Assembly: GCA_964016885.1 (NCBI GenBank)
Contig: OZ024740.1
Span: forward strand, 363,134,001 to 363,198,000
Source of the DNA: Eledone cirrhosa
Lineage: Eukaryota
Direction: 5' to 3'
DNA length: 64,000 bases
Below are positions 47,901 to 61,800 of this stretch, in pieces. A model generated the notes under the pieces. The model was not told the origin of the DNA. It did no database searches and worked only from the letters and a program-made list of their open reading frames with translations. A program made the position numbers and the translations under genes. How positions within the stretch are numbered: the first letter of the stretch is position 1; each line of letters begins with the position of its first letter.

Positions 47901-50900
47901 TGGAATGGTTGGTGAACAGAAGTGATCGAGTGTGGAGTTGGGTGGAATGGTTGGTGAACAGAAGTGATCGAGTGTGGAGTTGGGTGGAATGGTTGGTGAT
48001 CGAGTGAGGAGTTGGGTGGAATGGTTGGTGAACAGAAGTGATCTTGTGAGGAGTTGGGTGGAATGGTTGGTGAACAGAAGTGATCGAGTGTGGAGTTGGG
48101 TGGAATGGTTGGTGAATAGAAGTGATCGAGTGAGGAGTTGGGTGGAATGGTTGGTGAACAGAAGTGATCGTCTGAGGAGTTGGGTGGAATGGTTGGTGAA
48201 CAGAAGTGATCGAGTGAGGAGTTGGGTGGAATGGTTGGTGAACAGAAGTGATCTTGTGAGGAGTTGGGTGGAATGGTTGGTGAACAGAAGTGATCGAGTG
48301 AGGAGTTGGGTGGAATGGTTGGTGATCGAGTGAGGAGTTGGGTGGAATGGTTGGTGAACAGAAGTGATCTTGTGAGGAGTTGGGTGGAATGGTTGGTGAA
48401 CAGAAGTGATCGTGTGAGGAGTTGGGTGGAATGGTTGGTGAACAGAAGTGATCGTGTGAGGAGTTGGGTGGAATGGTTGGTGAATAGAAGTGATCGAGTG
48501 AGGAGTTGGGTGGAATGGTTGGTGAATAGAAGTGATCGAGTGTGGAGTTGGGTGGAATTTATGGTGAACAGAAGTGATCGTGTGAGGAGTTGGGTGGAAT
48601 GGTTGGTGAACAGAAGTGATCGAGTGAGGAGTTGGGTGGAATGGTTGGTGAACAGAAGTGATCGAGTGAGGAGTTGGGTGGAATGGTTGGTGAATAGAAG
48701 TGATCGAGTGTGGAGTTGGGTGGAATGGTTGGTGAACAGAAGTGATCCAGTGAGGAGTTGGGTGGAATGGTTGGTGAATAGAAGTGATCGAGTGAGGAGT
48801 TGGGTGGAATGGTTGGTGAGCAGAAGTGATCGAGTGTGGAGTTGGGTGGAATGGTTGGTTAACAGAAGTGATCGAGTGAGGAGTTGGGTGGAATGGTTGG
48901 TGAATAGAAGTGATCGAATGAGGAGTTGGGTGGAATGGTTGGTGAACAGAAGTGATCGAGTGTGGAGTTGGGTGGAATGGTTGGTGAACAGAAGTGATCG
49001 AGTGTGGAGTTGGGTGGAATGGTTGGTGAACAGAAGTGATCGAGTGAGGACTTGGGTGGAATGGTTGGTGAACAGAAGTGATCGAGTGAGGAGTTGGGTG
49101 GAATGGTTGGTGAACAGAAGTGATCGAGTGAGGAGTTGGGTGGAATGGTTGGTGAATAGAAGTGATCGAGTGAGGAGTTGGGTGGAATGGTTGGTGAACA
49201 GAAGTGATCGAGTGAGGAGTTGGGTGGAATGGTTGGTGAACAGAAGTGATCGAGTGAGGAGTTGGGTGGAATGGTTGGTGAACAGAAGTGATCGAGTGAG
49301 GAGTTGGGTGGAATGGTTGGTGAACAGAAGTGATCGAGTGAGGAGTTGGGTGGAATGGTTGGTGAATAGAAGTGATCGAGTGAGGAGTTGGGTGGAATGG
49401 TTGGTGAACAGAAGTGATCGAGTGAGGAGTTGGGTGGAATGGTTGGTGAAAAGAAGTGATCGAGTGAGGAGTTGGGTGGAATGGTTGGTGAACAGAAGTG
49501 ATCGAGTATGGAGTTGGGTGGAATGGTTGGTGAATAGAAGTGATCGAGTGAGGAGTTGGGTGGAATGGTTGGTGAATAGAAGTGATCGAGTGAGGAGTTG
49601 GGTGGAATGGTTGGTGAACAGAAGTGATCGAGTATGGAGTTGGGTGGAATGGTTGGTGAACAGAAGTGATCGAGTGAGGAGTTGGGTGGAATGGTTGGTG
49701 AATAGAAGTGATCGAGTGAGGAGTTGGGTGGAATGGTTGGTGAACAGAAGTGATCGAGTGAGGAGTTGGGTGGAATGGTTGGTGAACAGAAGTGATCGAG
49801 TGAGGAGTTGGGTGGAATGGTTGGTGAACAGAAGTGATCGAGTGAGGAGTTGGGTGGAATGGTTGGTGAATAGAAGTGATCGAGTGAGGAGTTGGGTGGA
49901 ATGGTTGGTGAACAGAAGTGATCGAGTGTGGAGTTGGGTGGAATGGTTGGTGAACAGAAGTGATCGAGTGAGGAGTTGGGTGGAATGGTTGGTGAACTGA
50001 AGTGATCGAGTGAGATGTTGGGTGGAATGGTTGGTGAACAGAAGTGATCGAGTGAGGAGTTGGGTGGAATGGTTGGTGAATAGAAGTGATCGAGTGTGGA
50101 GTTGGGTGGAATGGTTGGTGAACTGAAGTGATCGAATGAGATGTTGGGTGGAATGGTTGGTGAACAGAAGTGATCGAGTGAGGAGTTGGGTGGAATGGTT
50201 GGTGAACAGAAGTGATCGTGTGAGGAGTTGGGTGGAATGGTTGGTGAATAGAAGTGATCGAGTGAGGAGTTGGGTGGAATAGTTGGTGAACTGAAGTGAT
50301 CGAGTGAGATGTTGGGTGGAATGGTTGGTGATCAGAAGTGATCGAGTGAGGAGTTGGGTGGAATGGTTGGTGAATAGAAGTGATCGAGTGAGGAGTTGGG
50401 TGGAATGGTTGGTGAACAGAAGTGATCGTGTGAGGAGTTGGGTGGAATGGTTGGTGAACAGAAGTGATCGAGTGAGATGTTGGGTGGAATGGTTGGTGAA
50501 CAGAAATGATCGTGTGAGGAGTTGGGTGGAATGGTTGGTGAATAGAAGTGATCGAGTGAGGAGTTGGGTGGAATGGTTGGTGAACAGAAGTGATCGTGTG
50601 AGGAGTTGGGTGGAATGGTTGGTGAATAGAAGTGATCGTGTGAGGAGTTGGGTGGCATGGTTGGTGAACAGAAGTGATCGTGTGAGGAGTTGGGTGGAAT
50701 GGTTGGTGAACAGAAGTGATCGAGTGAGATGTTGGGTGGAATGGTTGGTGAACAGAAGTGATCGTGTGAGGAGTTGGGTGGAATGGTTGGTGAATAGAAG
50801 TGATCGAGTGAGGAGATGGGTGGAATGGTTGGTGAACAGAAGTGATCGTGTGAGGAGTTGGGTGGAATGGTTGGTGAATAGACGTGATCGTGTGAGGAGT

Positions 50901-51210
50901 TGGGTGGAATGGTTGGTGAACAGAAGTGATCGTGTGAGGAGTTGGGTGGAATGGTTGGTGAACAGAAGTGATCGTGTGAGGAGTTGGGTGGAATGGTTGG
51001 TGAATAGAAGTGATCGAGTGAGGAGTTGGGTGGAATGGTTGGTGAACAGAAGTGATCGTGTGAGGAGTTGGGTGGAATGGTTGGTGAATAGAAGTGATCG
51101 AGTGAGGAGTTGGGTGGAATGGTTGGTGAACAGAAGTAATCGAGTGAGATGTTGGGTGGAATGGTTGGTGAACAGAAGTGATCGAGTGAGGAGTTGGGTG
51201 GAATGGTTGG
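35980..51210. repeat. Largest higher-order tandem duplication, offset 7615 bp
   Basis: ORF-track breaks from 36418 to 42689 recur at +7615 (44033 ... 50304). Private variants GGAACGG, GGTGTAAT, ATTCAG, AATTTATGG, GGTTAAC and AGTAATC (43521/51136) are all duplicated. Boundaries are approximate. Confidence 0.93.
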
Positions 51211-51959
51211 TGAATAGAAGTGATCGAGTGAGGAGTTGGGTGGAATGGTTGGTGAACAGAAGTGATCGTGTGAGGAGTTGGGTGGAATGGTTGGTGAACA
51301 GAAGTGATCGAGTGAGATGTTGGGTGGAATGGTTGGTGAACAGAAGTGATCGTGTGAGTAGTTGGGTGGAATGGTTGGTGAAATGAAGTGATCGAGTGAG
51401 ATGTTGGGTGGAATGGTTGGTGAACAGAAGTGATCGAGTCAGGAGTTGGGTGGAATGGTTGGTGAATAGAAGTGATCGAGTGAGGAGTTGGGTGGAATGG
51501 TTGGTGAACAGAAGTGATCGTGTGAGGAGTTGGGTGGAATGGTTGGTGAACAGAAGTGATCGTGTGAGGAGTTGGGTGGAATGGTTGGTGAATAGAAGTG
51601 ATCGAGTGAGGAGTTGGGTGGAATGGTTGGTGAACAGAATTGACCGTGTGAGGAGTTGGGTGGAATGGTTGGTGAATAGAAGTGATCGAGTGAGGAGTTG
51701 GGTGGAATGGTTGGTGAACAGAAGTGATCGAGTGAGATGTTGGGTGGAATGGTTGGTGAACAGAAGTGATCGAGTGAGGAGTTGGGTGGAATGGTTGGTG
51801 AATAGAAGTGATTGAGTGAGGAGTTGGGTGGAATGGTTGGTGAACAGAAGTGATCGTGTGAGGAGTTGGGTGGAATGGTTGGTGAACAGAAGTGATCGAG
51901 TGAGATGTTGGGTGGAATGGTTGGTGAACAGAAGTGATCGAGTGAGATGTTGGGTGGAA

Positions 51960-54900
51960 TGGTTGCTGAACAGAAGTGATCGTGTGAGGAGTTGGGTGGA
52001 ATGGTTGGTGAACTGAAGTGATCGAGTGAGATGTTGGGTGGAATGGTTGGTGAACAGAAGTGATCGAGTGAGGAGTTGGGTGGAATGGTTGGTGAATAGA
52101 AGTGATCGAGTGAGGAGTTGGGTGGAATGGTTGGTGAACAGAAGTGATCGAGTGTGGAGTTGGGTGGAATGGTTGGTGAACAGAAGTGATCTTGTGAGAT
52201 GTTGGGTGGAATGGTTGGTGAACAGAAGTGATCGAGTGAGGAGTTGGGTGGAATGGTTGGTGAACAGAAGTGATCGAGTGAGGAGTTGGGTGGAATGGTT
52301 GGTGAACTGAAGTGATCGAGTGAGATGTTGGGTGGAATGGTTGGTGAACAGAAGTGATCGAGTGAGGAGTTGGGTGGAATGGTTGGTGAATAGAAGTGAT
52401 CGAGTGAGGAGTTGGGTGGAATGGTTGGTGAATAGAAGTGATCGAGTGAGGAGTTGGGTGGAATGGTTGGTGAACAGAAGTGACCGAATGAGGATTTGGG
52501 TGGAATGGTTGGTGATCGAGTGTGGAGGTGGGTGGAATGGTTGGTGAACAGAAGTGATCGTGTGAGGAGTTGGGAGGAATGGTTGGTGAGCAGAAGTGAT
52601 CGAGTGTGGAGTTGGGTGGAATGGTTGGTGAACAGAAGTGATCGAGTGAGGAGTTGGGTGGAATGGTTGGTGAATAGAAGTGATCGAATGAGGAGTTGGG
52701 TGGAATGGTTGGTGAACAGAAGTGATCGAGTGTGGAGTTGGGTGGAATGGTTGGTGAACAGAAGTGATCGAGTGTGGAGTTGGGTGGAATGGTTGGTGAA
52801 CAGAAGTGATCGAGTGAGGACTTGGGTGGAATGGTTGGTGAACAGAAGTGATCGAGTGAGGAGTTGGGTGGAATGGTTGGTGAACAGAAGTGATCGAGTG
52901 AGGAGTTGGGTGGAATGGTTGGTGAATAGAAGTGATCGAGTGAGGAGTTGGGTGGAATGGTTGGTGAACAGAAGTGATCGAGTGAGGAGTTGGGTGGAAT
53001 GGTTGGTGAACAGAAGTGATCGAGTGAGGAGTTGGGTGGAATGGTTGGTGAACAGAAGTGATCGAGTGAGGAGTTGGGTGGAATGGTTGGTGAACAGAAG
53101 TGATCGAGTGAGGAGTTGGGTGGAATGGTTGGTGAATAGAAGTGATCGAGTGAGGAGTTGGGTGGAATGGTTGGTGAACAGAAGTGATCGAGTGAGGAGT
53201 TGGGTGGAATGGTTGGTGAACAGAAGTGATCGAGTGAGGAGTTGGGTGGAATGGTTGGTGAACAGAAGTGATCGAGTATGGAGTTGGGTGGAATGGTTGG
53301 TGAATAGAAGTGATCGAGTGAGGAGTTGGGTGGAATGGTTGGTGAATAGAAGTGATCGAGTGAGGAGTTGGGTGGAATGGTTGGTGAACAGAAGTGATCG
53401 AGTATGGAGTTGGGTGGAATGGTTGGTGAACAGAAGTGATCGAGTGAGGAGTTGGGTGGAATGGTTGGTGAATAGAAGTGATCGAGTGAGGAGTTGGGTG
53501 GAATGGTTGGTGAACAGAAGTGATCGAGTGAGGAGTTGGGTGGAATGGTTGGTGAACAGAAGTGATCGAGTGAGGAGTTGGGTGGAATGGTTGGTGAACA
53601 GAAGTGATCGAGTGAGGAGTTGGGTGGAATGGTTGGTGAATAGAAGTGATCGAGTGAGGAGTTGGGTGGAATGGTTGGTGAACAGAAGTGATCGAGTGTG
53701 GAGTTGGGTGGAATGGTTGGTGAACAGAAGTGATCGAGTGAGGAGTTGGGTGGAATGGTTGGTGAACTGAAGTGATCGAGTGAGATGTTGGGTGGAATGG
53801 TTGGTGAACAGAAGTGATCGAGTGAGGAGTTGGGTGGAATGGTTGGTGAATAGAAGTGATCGAGTGTGGAGTTGGGTGGAATGGTTGGTGAACTGAAGTG
53901 ATCGAGTGAGATGTTGGGTGGAATGGTTGGTGAACAGAAGTGATCGAGTGAGGAGTTGGGTGGAATGGTTGGTGAACAGAAGTGATCGTGTGAGGAGTTG
54001 GGTGGAATGGTTGGTGAATAGAAGTGATCGAGTGAGGAGTTGGGTGGAATAGTTGGTGAACTGAAGTGATCGAGTGAGATGTTGGGTGGAATGGTTGGTG
54101 AACAGAAGTGATCGAGTGAGGAGTTGGGTGGAATGGTTGGTGAATAGAAGTGATCGAGTGAGGAGTTGGGTGGAATGGTTGGTGAACAGAAGTGATCGTG
54201 TGAGGAGTTGGGTGGAATGGTTGGTGAACAGAAGTGATCGAGTGAGATGTTGGGTGGAATGGTTGGTGAACAGAAATGATCGTGTGAGGAGTTGGGTGGA
54301 ATGGTTGGTGAATAGAAGTGATCGAGTGAGGAGTTGGGTGGAATGGTTGGTGAACAGAAGTGATCGTGTGAGGAGTTGGGTGGAATGGTTGGTGAATAGA
54401 AGTGATCGTGTGAGGAGTTGGGTGGAATGGTTTGTGAACAGAAGTGATCGTGTGAGGAGTTGGGTGGAATGGTTGGTGAACAGAAGTGATCGAGTGAGAT
54501 GTTGGGTGGAATGGTTGGTGAACAGAAGTGATCGTGTGAGGAGTTGGGTGGAATGGTTGGTGAATAGAAGTGATCGAGTGAGGAGATGGGTGGAATGGTT
54601 GGTGAACAGAAGTGATCGTGTGAGGAGTTGGGTGGAATGGTTGGTGAATAGACGTGATCGTGTGAGGAGTTGGGTGGAATGGTTGGTGAACAGAAGTGAT
54701 CGTGTGAGGAGTTGGGTGGAATGGTTGGTGAACAGAAGTGATCGTGTGAGGAGTTGGGTGGAATGGTTGGTGAATAGAAGTGATCGAGTGAGGAGTTGGG
54801 TGGAATGGTTGGTGAACAGAAGTGATCGTGTGAGGAGTTGGGTGGAATGGTTGGTGATTAGAAGTGATCGAGTGAGGAGTTGGGTGGAATGGTTGGTGAA

Positions 54901-57900
54901 CAGAAGTGATCGTGTGAGGAGTTGGGTGGAATGGTTGGTGAACAGAAGTGATCGAGTGAGATGTTGGGTGGAATGGTTGGTGAACAGAAGTGATCGAGTG
55001 AGGAGTTGGGTGGAATGGTTGGTGAATAGAAGTGATCGTGTGAGGAGTCGGGTGGCATGTTTGGTGAACAGAAGTGATCGTGTGAGGAGTTGGGTGGAAT
55101 GGTTGGTGAACAGAAGTGATCGAGTGAGATGTTGGGTGGAATGGTTGGTGAACAGAAGTGATCGTGTGAGGAGTTGGGTGGAATGGTTGGTGAATAGAAG
55201 TGATCGAGTGAGGAGATGGGTGGAATGGTTGGTGAACAGAAGTGATCGTGTGAGGAGTTGGGTGGAATGGTTGGTGAATAGACGTGATCGTGTGAGGAGT
55301 TGGGTGGAATGGTTGGTGAACAGAAGTGATCGTGTGAGGAGTTGGGTGGAATGGTTGGTGAATAGAAGTGATCGAGTGAGGAGTTGGGTGGAATGGTTGG
55401 TGAAAAGAAGTGATCGTGTGAGGAGTTGGGTGGAATGGTTGGTGAATAGAAGTGATCGAGTGAGGAGTTGGGTGGAATGGTTGGTGAACAGAAGTGATCG
55501 AGTGAGATGTTGGGTGGAATGGTTGGTGAACAGAAGTGATCGAGTGAGGAGTTGGGTGGAATGGTTGGTGAATAGAAGTGATCGAGTGAGGAGTTGGGTG
55601 GAATGGTTGGTGAACAGAAGTGATCGAGTGTGGAGTTGGGTGGAATGGTTGGTGAACAGAAGTGATCGAGTGAGATGTTGGGTGGAATGGTTGGTGAACA
55701 GAAGTGATGGAGTGAGTAGTTGGGTGGAATGGTTGGTGAAATGAAGTGATCGAGTGAGATGTTGGGTGGAATGGTTGGTGAACAGAAGTGATCGAGTGAG
55801 GAGTTGGGTGGAATGGTTGGTGAATAGAAGTGATCGAGTGAGGAGTTGGGTGGAATGGTTGGTGAACAGAAGTGATCGTGTGAGGAGTTGGGTGGAATGG
55901 TTGGTGAACAGAAGTGATCGTGTGAGGAGTTGGGTGGAATGGTTGGTGAACAGAAGTGATCGAGTGAGATGTTGGGTGGAATGGTTGGTGAACAGAAGTG
56001 ATCGTGTGAGGAGTTGGGTGGAATGGTTGGTGAACTGAAGTGATCGAGTGAGATGTTGGGTGGAATGGTTGGTGAACAGAAGTGATCGAATGAGGAGTTG
56101 GGTGGAATGGTTGGTGAATAGAAGTGATCGAGTGAGGAGTTGGGTGGAATGGTTGGTGAAGAGAAGTGATCGAGTGTGGAGTTGGGTGGAATGGTTGGTG
56201 AACAGAAGTGATCTTGTGAGATGTTGGGTGGAATGGTTGGTGAACAGAAGTGATCGAGTGAGGAGTTGGGTGGAATGGTTGGTGAACAGAAGTGATCGAG
56301 TGAGGAGTTGGGTGGAATGGTTGGTGAACTGAAGTGATCGAGTGAGATGTTGGGTGGAATGGTTGGTGAACAGAAGTGATCGAGTGAGGAGTTGGGTGGA
56401 ATGGTTGGTGAATAGAAGTGATCGAGTGAGGAGTTGGGTGGAATGGTTGGTGAATAGAAGTGATCGAGTGAGGAGTTGGGTGGAATGGTTGGTGAACAGA
56501 AGTGACCGAATGAGGATTTGGGTGGAATGGTTGGTGATCGAGTGTGGAGGTGGGTGGAATGGTTGGTGAACAGAAGTGATCGTGTGAGGAGTTGGGTGGA
56601 ATGGTTGGTGAGCAGAAGTGATCGAGTGTGGAGTTGGGTGGAATGGTTGGTGAACAGAAGTGATCGAGTGAGGAGTTGGGTGGAATGGTTGGTGAATAGA
56701 AGTGATCGAATGAGGAGTTGGGTGGAATGGTTGGTGAACAGAAGTGATCGAGTGTGGAGTTGGGTGGAATGGTTGGTGAACAGAAGTGATCGAGTGTGGA
56801 GTTGGGTGGAATGGTTGGTGAACAGAAGTGATCGAGTGAGGACTTGGGTGGAATGGTTGGTGAACAGAAGTGATCGAGTGAGGAGTTGGGTGGAATGGTT
56901 GGTGAACAGAAGTGATCGAGTGAGGAGTTGGGTGGAATGGTTGGTGAATAGAAGTGATCGAGTGAGGAGTTGGGTGGACTGGTTGGTGAACAGAAGTGAT
57001 CGAGTGAGGAGTTGGGTGGAATGGTTGGTGAACAGAAGTGATCGAGTGAGGAGTTGGGTGGAATGGTTGGTGAACAGAAGTGATCGAGTGAGGAGTTGGG
57101 TGGAATGGTTGGTGAACAGAAGTGATCGAGTGAGGAGTTGGGTGGAATGGTTGGTGAATAGAAGTGATCGAGTGAGGAGTTGGGTGGAATGGTTGGTGAA
57201 CAGAAGTGATCGAGTGAGGAGTTGGGTGGAATGGTTGGTGAACAGAAGTGATCGAGTGAGGAGTTGGGTGGAATGGTTGGTGAACAGAAGTGATCGAGTA
57301 TGGAGTTGGGTGGAATGGTTGGTGAATAGAAGTAATCGAGTGAGGAGTTGGGTGGAATGGTTGGTGAATAGAAGTGATCGAGTGAGGAGTTGGGTGGAAT
57401 GGTTGGTGAACAGAAGTGATCGAGTATGGAGTTGGGTGGAATGGTTGGTGAACAGAAGTGATCGAGTGAGGAGTTGGGTGGAATGGTTGGTGAATAGAAG
57501 TGATCGAGTGAGGAGTTGGGTGGAATGGTTGGTGAACAGAAGTGATCGAGTGAGGAGTTGGGTGGAATGGTTGGTGAACAGAAGTGATCGAGTGAGGAGT
57601 TGGGTGGAATGGTTGGTGAACAGAAGTGATCGAGTGAGGAGTTGGGTGGAATGGTTGGTGAATAGAAGTGATCGAGTGAGGAGTTGGGTGGAATGGTTGG
57701 TGAACAGAAGTGATCGAGTGTGGAGTTGGGTGGAATGGTTGGAGAACAGAAGTGATCGAGTGAGGAGTTGGGTGGAATGGTTGGTGAACTGAAGTGATCG
57801 AGTGAGATGTTGGGTGGAATGGTTGGTGAACAGAAGTGATCGAGTGAGGAGTTGGGTGGAATGGTTGGTGAATAGAAGTGATCGAGTGTGGAGTTGGGTG

Positions 57901-58850
57901 GAATCGTTGGTGAACTGAAGTGATCGAGTGAGATGTTGGGTGGAATGGTTGGTGAACAGAAGTGATCGAGTGAGGAGTTGGGTGGAATGGTTGGTGAACA
58001 GAAGTGATCGTGTGAGGAGTTGGGTGGAATGGTTGGTGAATAGAAGTGATCGAGTGAGGAGTTGGGTGGAATAGTTGGTGAACTGAAGTGATCGAGTGAG
58101 ATGTTGGGTGGAATGGTTGGTGAACAGAAGTGATCGAGTGAGGAGTTGGGTGGAATGGTTGGTGAATAGAATTGATCGAGTGAGGAGTTGGGTGGAATGG
58201 TTGGTGAACAGAAGTGATCGTGTGAGGAGTTGGGTGGAATGGTTGGTGAACAGAAGTGATCGACTGAGATGTTGGGTGGAATGGTTGGTGAACAGAAATG
58301 ATCGTGTGAGGAGTTGGGTGGAATGGTTGGTGAATAGAAGTGATCGAGTGAGGAGTTGGGTGGAATGGTTGGTGAACAGAAGTGATCGTGTGAGGAGTTG
58401 GGTGGAATGGTTGGTGAATAGAAGTGATCGTGTGAGGAGTTGGGTGGAATGGTTGGTGAACAGAAGTGATCGTGTGAGGAGTTGGGTGGAATGGTTGGTG
58501 AACAGAAGTGATCGAGTGAGATGTTGGGTGGAATGGTTGGTGAACAGAAGTGATCGTGTGAGGAGTTGGGTGGAATGGTTGGTGAATAGAAGTGATCGAG
58601 TGAGGAGATGGGTGGAATGGTTGGTGAACAGAAGTGATCGTGTGAGGAGTTGGGTGGAATGGTTGGTGAATAGACGTGATCGTGTGAGGAGTTGGGTGGA
58701 ATGGTTGGTGAACAGAAGTGATCGTGTGAGGAGTTGGGTGGAATGGTTGGTGAACAGAAGTGATCGTGTGAGGAGTTGGGTGGAATGGTTGGTGAATAGA
58801 AGTGATCGAGTGAGGAGTTGGGTGGAATGGTTGGTGAATAGAAGTGATCG
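51960..58850. repeat. Imperfect higher-order duplication, offset 4022 bp
   Basis: ORF-track pairs 52026/56048, 52320/56342, 52496/56518, 54074/58096. Shared signature GACCGAATGAGGATTT + 32-mer + GGAGGTGG. Confidence 0.82.
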
Positions 58851-61800
58851 AGTGAGGAGTTGGGTGGAATGGTTGGTGAACAGAAGTGATCGAGTGAGAT
58901 GTTGGGTGGAATGGTTGGTGAACAGAAGTGATCGAGTGAGGAGTTGGGTGGAATGGTTGGTGAATAGAAGTGATCGAGTGAGGAGTTGGGTGGAATGGTT
59001 GGTGAACAGAAGTGATCGTGTGAGGAGTTGGGTGGAATGGTTGGTGAACAGAAGTGATCGAGTGAGATGTTGGGTGGAATGGTTGGTGAACAGAAGTGAT
59101 CGTGTGAGTAGTTGGGTGGAATGGTTGGTGAAATGAAGTGATCGAGTGAGATGTTGGGTGGAATGGTTGGTGAACAGAAGTGATCGAGTGAGGAGTTGGG
59201 TGGAATGGTTGGTGAATAGAAGTGATCGAGTGAGGAGTTGGGTGGAATGGTTGGTGAACAGAAGTGATCGTGTGAGGAGTTGGGTGGAATGGTTGGTGAA
59301 CAGAAGTGATCGTGTGAGGAGTTGGGTGGAATGGTTGGTGAACAGAAGTGATCGAGTGAGATGTTGGGTGGAATGGTTGGTGAACAGAAGTGATCGTGTG
59401 AGGAGTTGGGTGGAATGGTTGGTGAACTGAAGTGATCGAGTGAGATGTTGGGTGGAATGGTTGGTGAACAGAAGTGATCGAGTGAGGAGTTGGGTGGAAT
59501 GGTTGGTGAATAGAAGTGATCGAGTGAGGAGTTGGGTGGAATGGTTGGTGAACAGAAGTGATCGAGTGTGGAGTTGGGTGGAATGGTTGGTGAACAGAAG
59601 TGATCTTGTGAGATGTTGGGTGGAATGGTTGGTGAACAGAAGTGATCGAGTGAGGAGTTGGGTGGAATGGTTGGTGAACAGAAGTGATCGAGTGAGGAGT
59701 TGGGTGGAATGGTTGGTGAACTGAAGTGATCGAGTGAGATGTTGGGTGGAATGGTTGGTGAACAGAAGTGATCGAGTGAGGAGTTGGGTGGAATGGTTGG
59801 TGAATAGAAGTGATCGAGTGAGGAGTTGGGTGGAATGGTTGGTGAATAGAAGTGATCGAGTGAGGAGTTGGGTGGAATGGTTGGTGAACAGAAGTGACCG
59901 AATGAGGATTTGGGTGGAATGGTTGGTGATCGAGTGTGGAGGTGGGTGGAATGGTTCGTGAACAGAAGTGATCGTGTGAGGAGTTGGGTGGAATGGTTGG
60001 TGAACAGAAGTGATCGTGTAAGGAGTTGGGTGGAATGGTTGGTGAACAGAAATGATCGAGTGTGGAGTTGGGTGGAATGGTTGGTGAACAGAAGTGATCG
60101 AGTGTGGAGTTGGGTGGAATGGTTGGTGAACAGAAGTGATCGAGTGAGGAGTTGGGTGGAATGGTTGGTGAACAGAAGTGACCGAATGAGGAGTTGGGTG
60201 GAATGGTTGGTGATCGAGTGTGGAGGTGGGTGGAATGGTTGGTGAACAGAAGTGATCGTGTGAGGAGTTGGGTGGAATGGTTGGTGAATAGAAGTGATCG
60301 AGTGTGGAGTTGGGTGGAATGGTTGGTGAACAGAAGTGATCGACTGTGGAGTTGGGTGGAATGGTTGGTGAACAGAAGTGATCTTGTGAGGAGTTGGGTG
60401 GAATGGTTGGTGAACAGAAGTGATCGTGTGAGGAGTTGGGTGGAATGGTTGGTGAATAGAAGTGATCGAGTGAGGAGTTGGGTGGAATAGTTGGTGAACT
60501 GAAGTGATCGAGTGAGATGTTGGGTGGAATGGTTGGTGAACAGAAGTGATCGAGTGAGGAGTTGGGTGGAATGGTTGGTGAATAGAATTGATCGAGTGAG
60601 GAGTTGGGTGGAATGGTTGGTGAACAGAAGTGATCGTGTGAGGAGTTGGGTGGAATGGTTGGTGAACAGAAGTGATCGACTGAGATGTTGGGTGGAATGG
60701 TTGGTGAACAGAAATGATCGTGTGAGGAGTTGGGTGGAATGGTTGGTGAATAGAAGTGATCGAGTGAGGAGTTGGGTGGAATGGTTGGTGAACAGAAGTG
60801 ATCGTGTGAGGAGTTGGGTGGAATGGTTGGTGAATAGAAGTGATCGTGTGAGGAGTTGGGTGGAATGGTTGGTGAACAGAAGTGATCGTGTGAGGAGTTG
60901 GGTGGAATGGTTGGTGAACAGAAGTGATCGAGTGAGATGTTGGGTGGAATGGTTGGTGAACAGAAGTGATCGTGTGAGGAGTTGGGTGGAATGGTTGGTG
61001 AATAGAAGTGATCGAGTGAGGAGATGGGTGGAATGGTTGGTGAACAGAAGTGATCGTGTGAGGAGTTGGGTGGAATGGTTGGTGAATAGACGTGATCGTG
61101 TGAGGAGTTGGGTGGAATGGTTGGTGAACAGAAGTGATCGTGTGAGGAGTTGGGTGGAATGGTTGGTGAACAGAAGTGATCGTGTGAGGAGTTGGGTGGA
61201 ATGGTTGGTGAATAGAAGTGATCGAGTGTGGAGTTGGGTGGAATGGTTGGTGAATAGAAGTGATCGAGTGAGGAGTTGGGTGGAATGGTTGGTGAACAGA
61301 AGTGATCGAGTGAGATGTTGGGTGGAATGGTTGGTGAACAGAAGTGATCGAGTGAGGAGTTGGGTGGAATGGTTGGTGAATAGAAGTGATCGAGTGAGGA
61401 GTTGGGTGGAATGGTTGGTGAACAGAAGTGATCGTGTGAGGAGTTGGGTGGAATGGTTGGTGAACAGAAGTGATCGAGTGAGATGTTGGGTGGAATTGTT
61501 GGTGAACAGAAGTGATCGTGTGAGTAGTTGGGTGGAATGGTTGGTGAAATGAAGTGATCGAGTGAGATGTTGGGTGGAATGGTTGGTGAACAGAAGTGAT
61601 CGAGTGAGGAGTTGGGTGGAATGGTTGGTGAATAGAAGTGATCGAGTGAGGAGTTGGGTGGAATGGTTGGTGAACAGAAGTGATCGTGTGAGGAGTTGGG
61701 TGGAATGGTTGGTGAACAGAAGTGATCGTGTGAGGAGTTGGGTGGAATGGTTGGTGAACAGAAGTGATCGAGTGAGATGTTGGGTGGAATGGTTGGTGAA

